Assembly: GCA_017860085.1 (NCBI GenBank)
Contig: JAFNAJ010000001.1
Location: forward strand, 1-37,501
Length of the DNA stretch: 37,501 bases
Reading direction: 5' to 3'
Source: Acidobacteriota bacterium
GTDB lineage: Bacteria > Acidobacteriota > Vicinamibacteria > Vicinamibacterales > JAFNAJ01
Below are positions 37,452 through 37,501 of this stretch, in pieces. Each line of letters starts with the position of its first letter. Positions within the stretch are counted from its first letter, which is position 1. Made by a program: the position numbers and the translations under genes. The notes under the pieces are model-generated. The model was given only the letters and a program-made list of their open reading frames with translations, was not told the origin of the DNA and ran no database searches.

Positions 37452-37501
37452 CGCAGGGCTGAAGCCCTGCGCTACAGAACCCTCGTCGCGCTGTAGCGCA
37501 G
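37452..37501. repeat. GTAG-type REP-like palindrome and start of an inverted second copy
   Basis: CGCAGGGCT-GA-AGCCCTGCG-CTAC (37452-37475), then GTAGCGCAG at 37493-37501, cut by the window edge. Confidence 0.8.

Overview
Very GC-rich, gene-dense core chromosomal region. Gene content and order resemble Acidobacteriota (Vicinamibacterales-like); this is inference. Left half (minus strand): an 11-gene aromatic amino acid supra-operon (aroD-aroE fusion, trpE-G-D-C-F-B-A, chorismate mutase, DAHP synthase, prephenate dehydrogenase), followed by acetoacetate-CoA ligase and a thiolase cut by the window edge. The best signal lies upstream of this operon and is missed by the ORF track: a sigma70 promoter, an apparently leaderless 31-aa leader peptide with Phe (F2,F4,F6) and tandem Trp (W18,W19) codons, and mutually exclusive antiterminator/terminator helices, i.e. 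a candidate dual Phe/Trp attenuator. Middle: a SpoIVB-like S55 peptidase plus beta-propeller protein, an ECF sigma with a zinc anti-sigma carrying a TonB-C-like domain, a TPR protein, and a 1021-aa sigma54 activator preceded by its own candidate -24/-12 promoter. Right: aroC-def-fmt-rsmB-PASTA-rpe-thioesterase-epimerase-bamD, pgsA, NDP-sugar transferase, phosphomannomutase, tRNA-Gly(CCC) overlapped antisense by a DUF2934-like gene, DUF2461 and a sirtuin. GTAG-type REP-like palindromes are present. No transposase, integrase or CRISPR array was seen.
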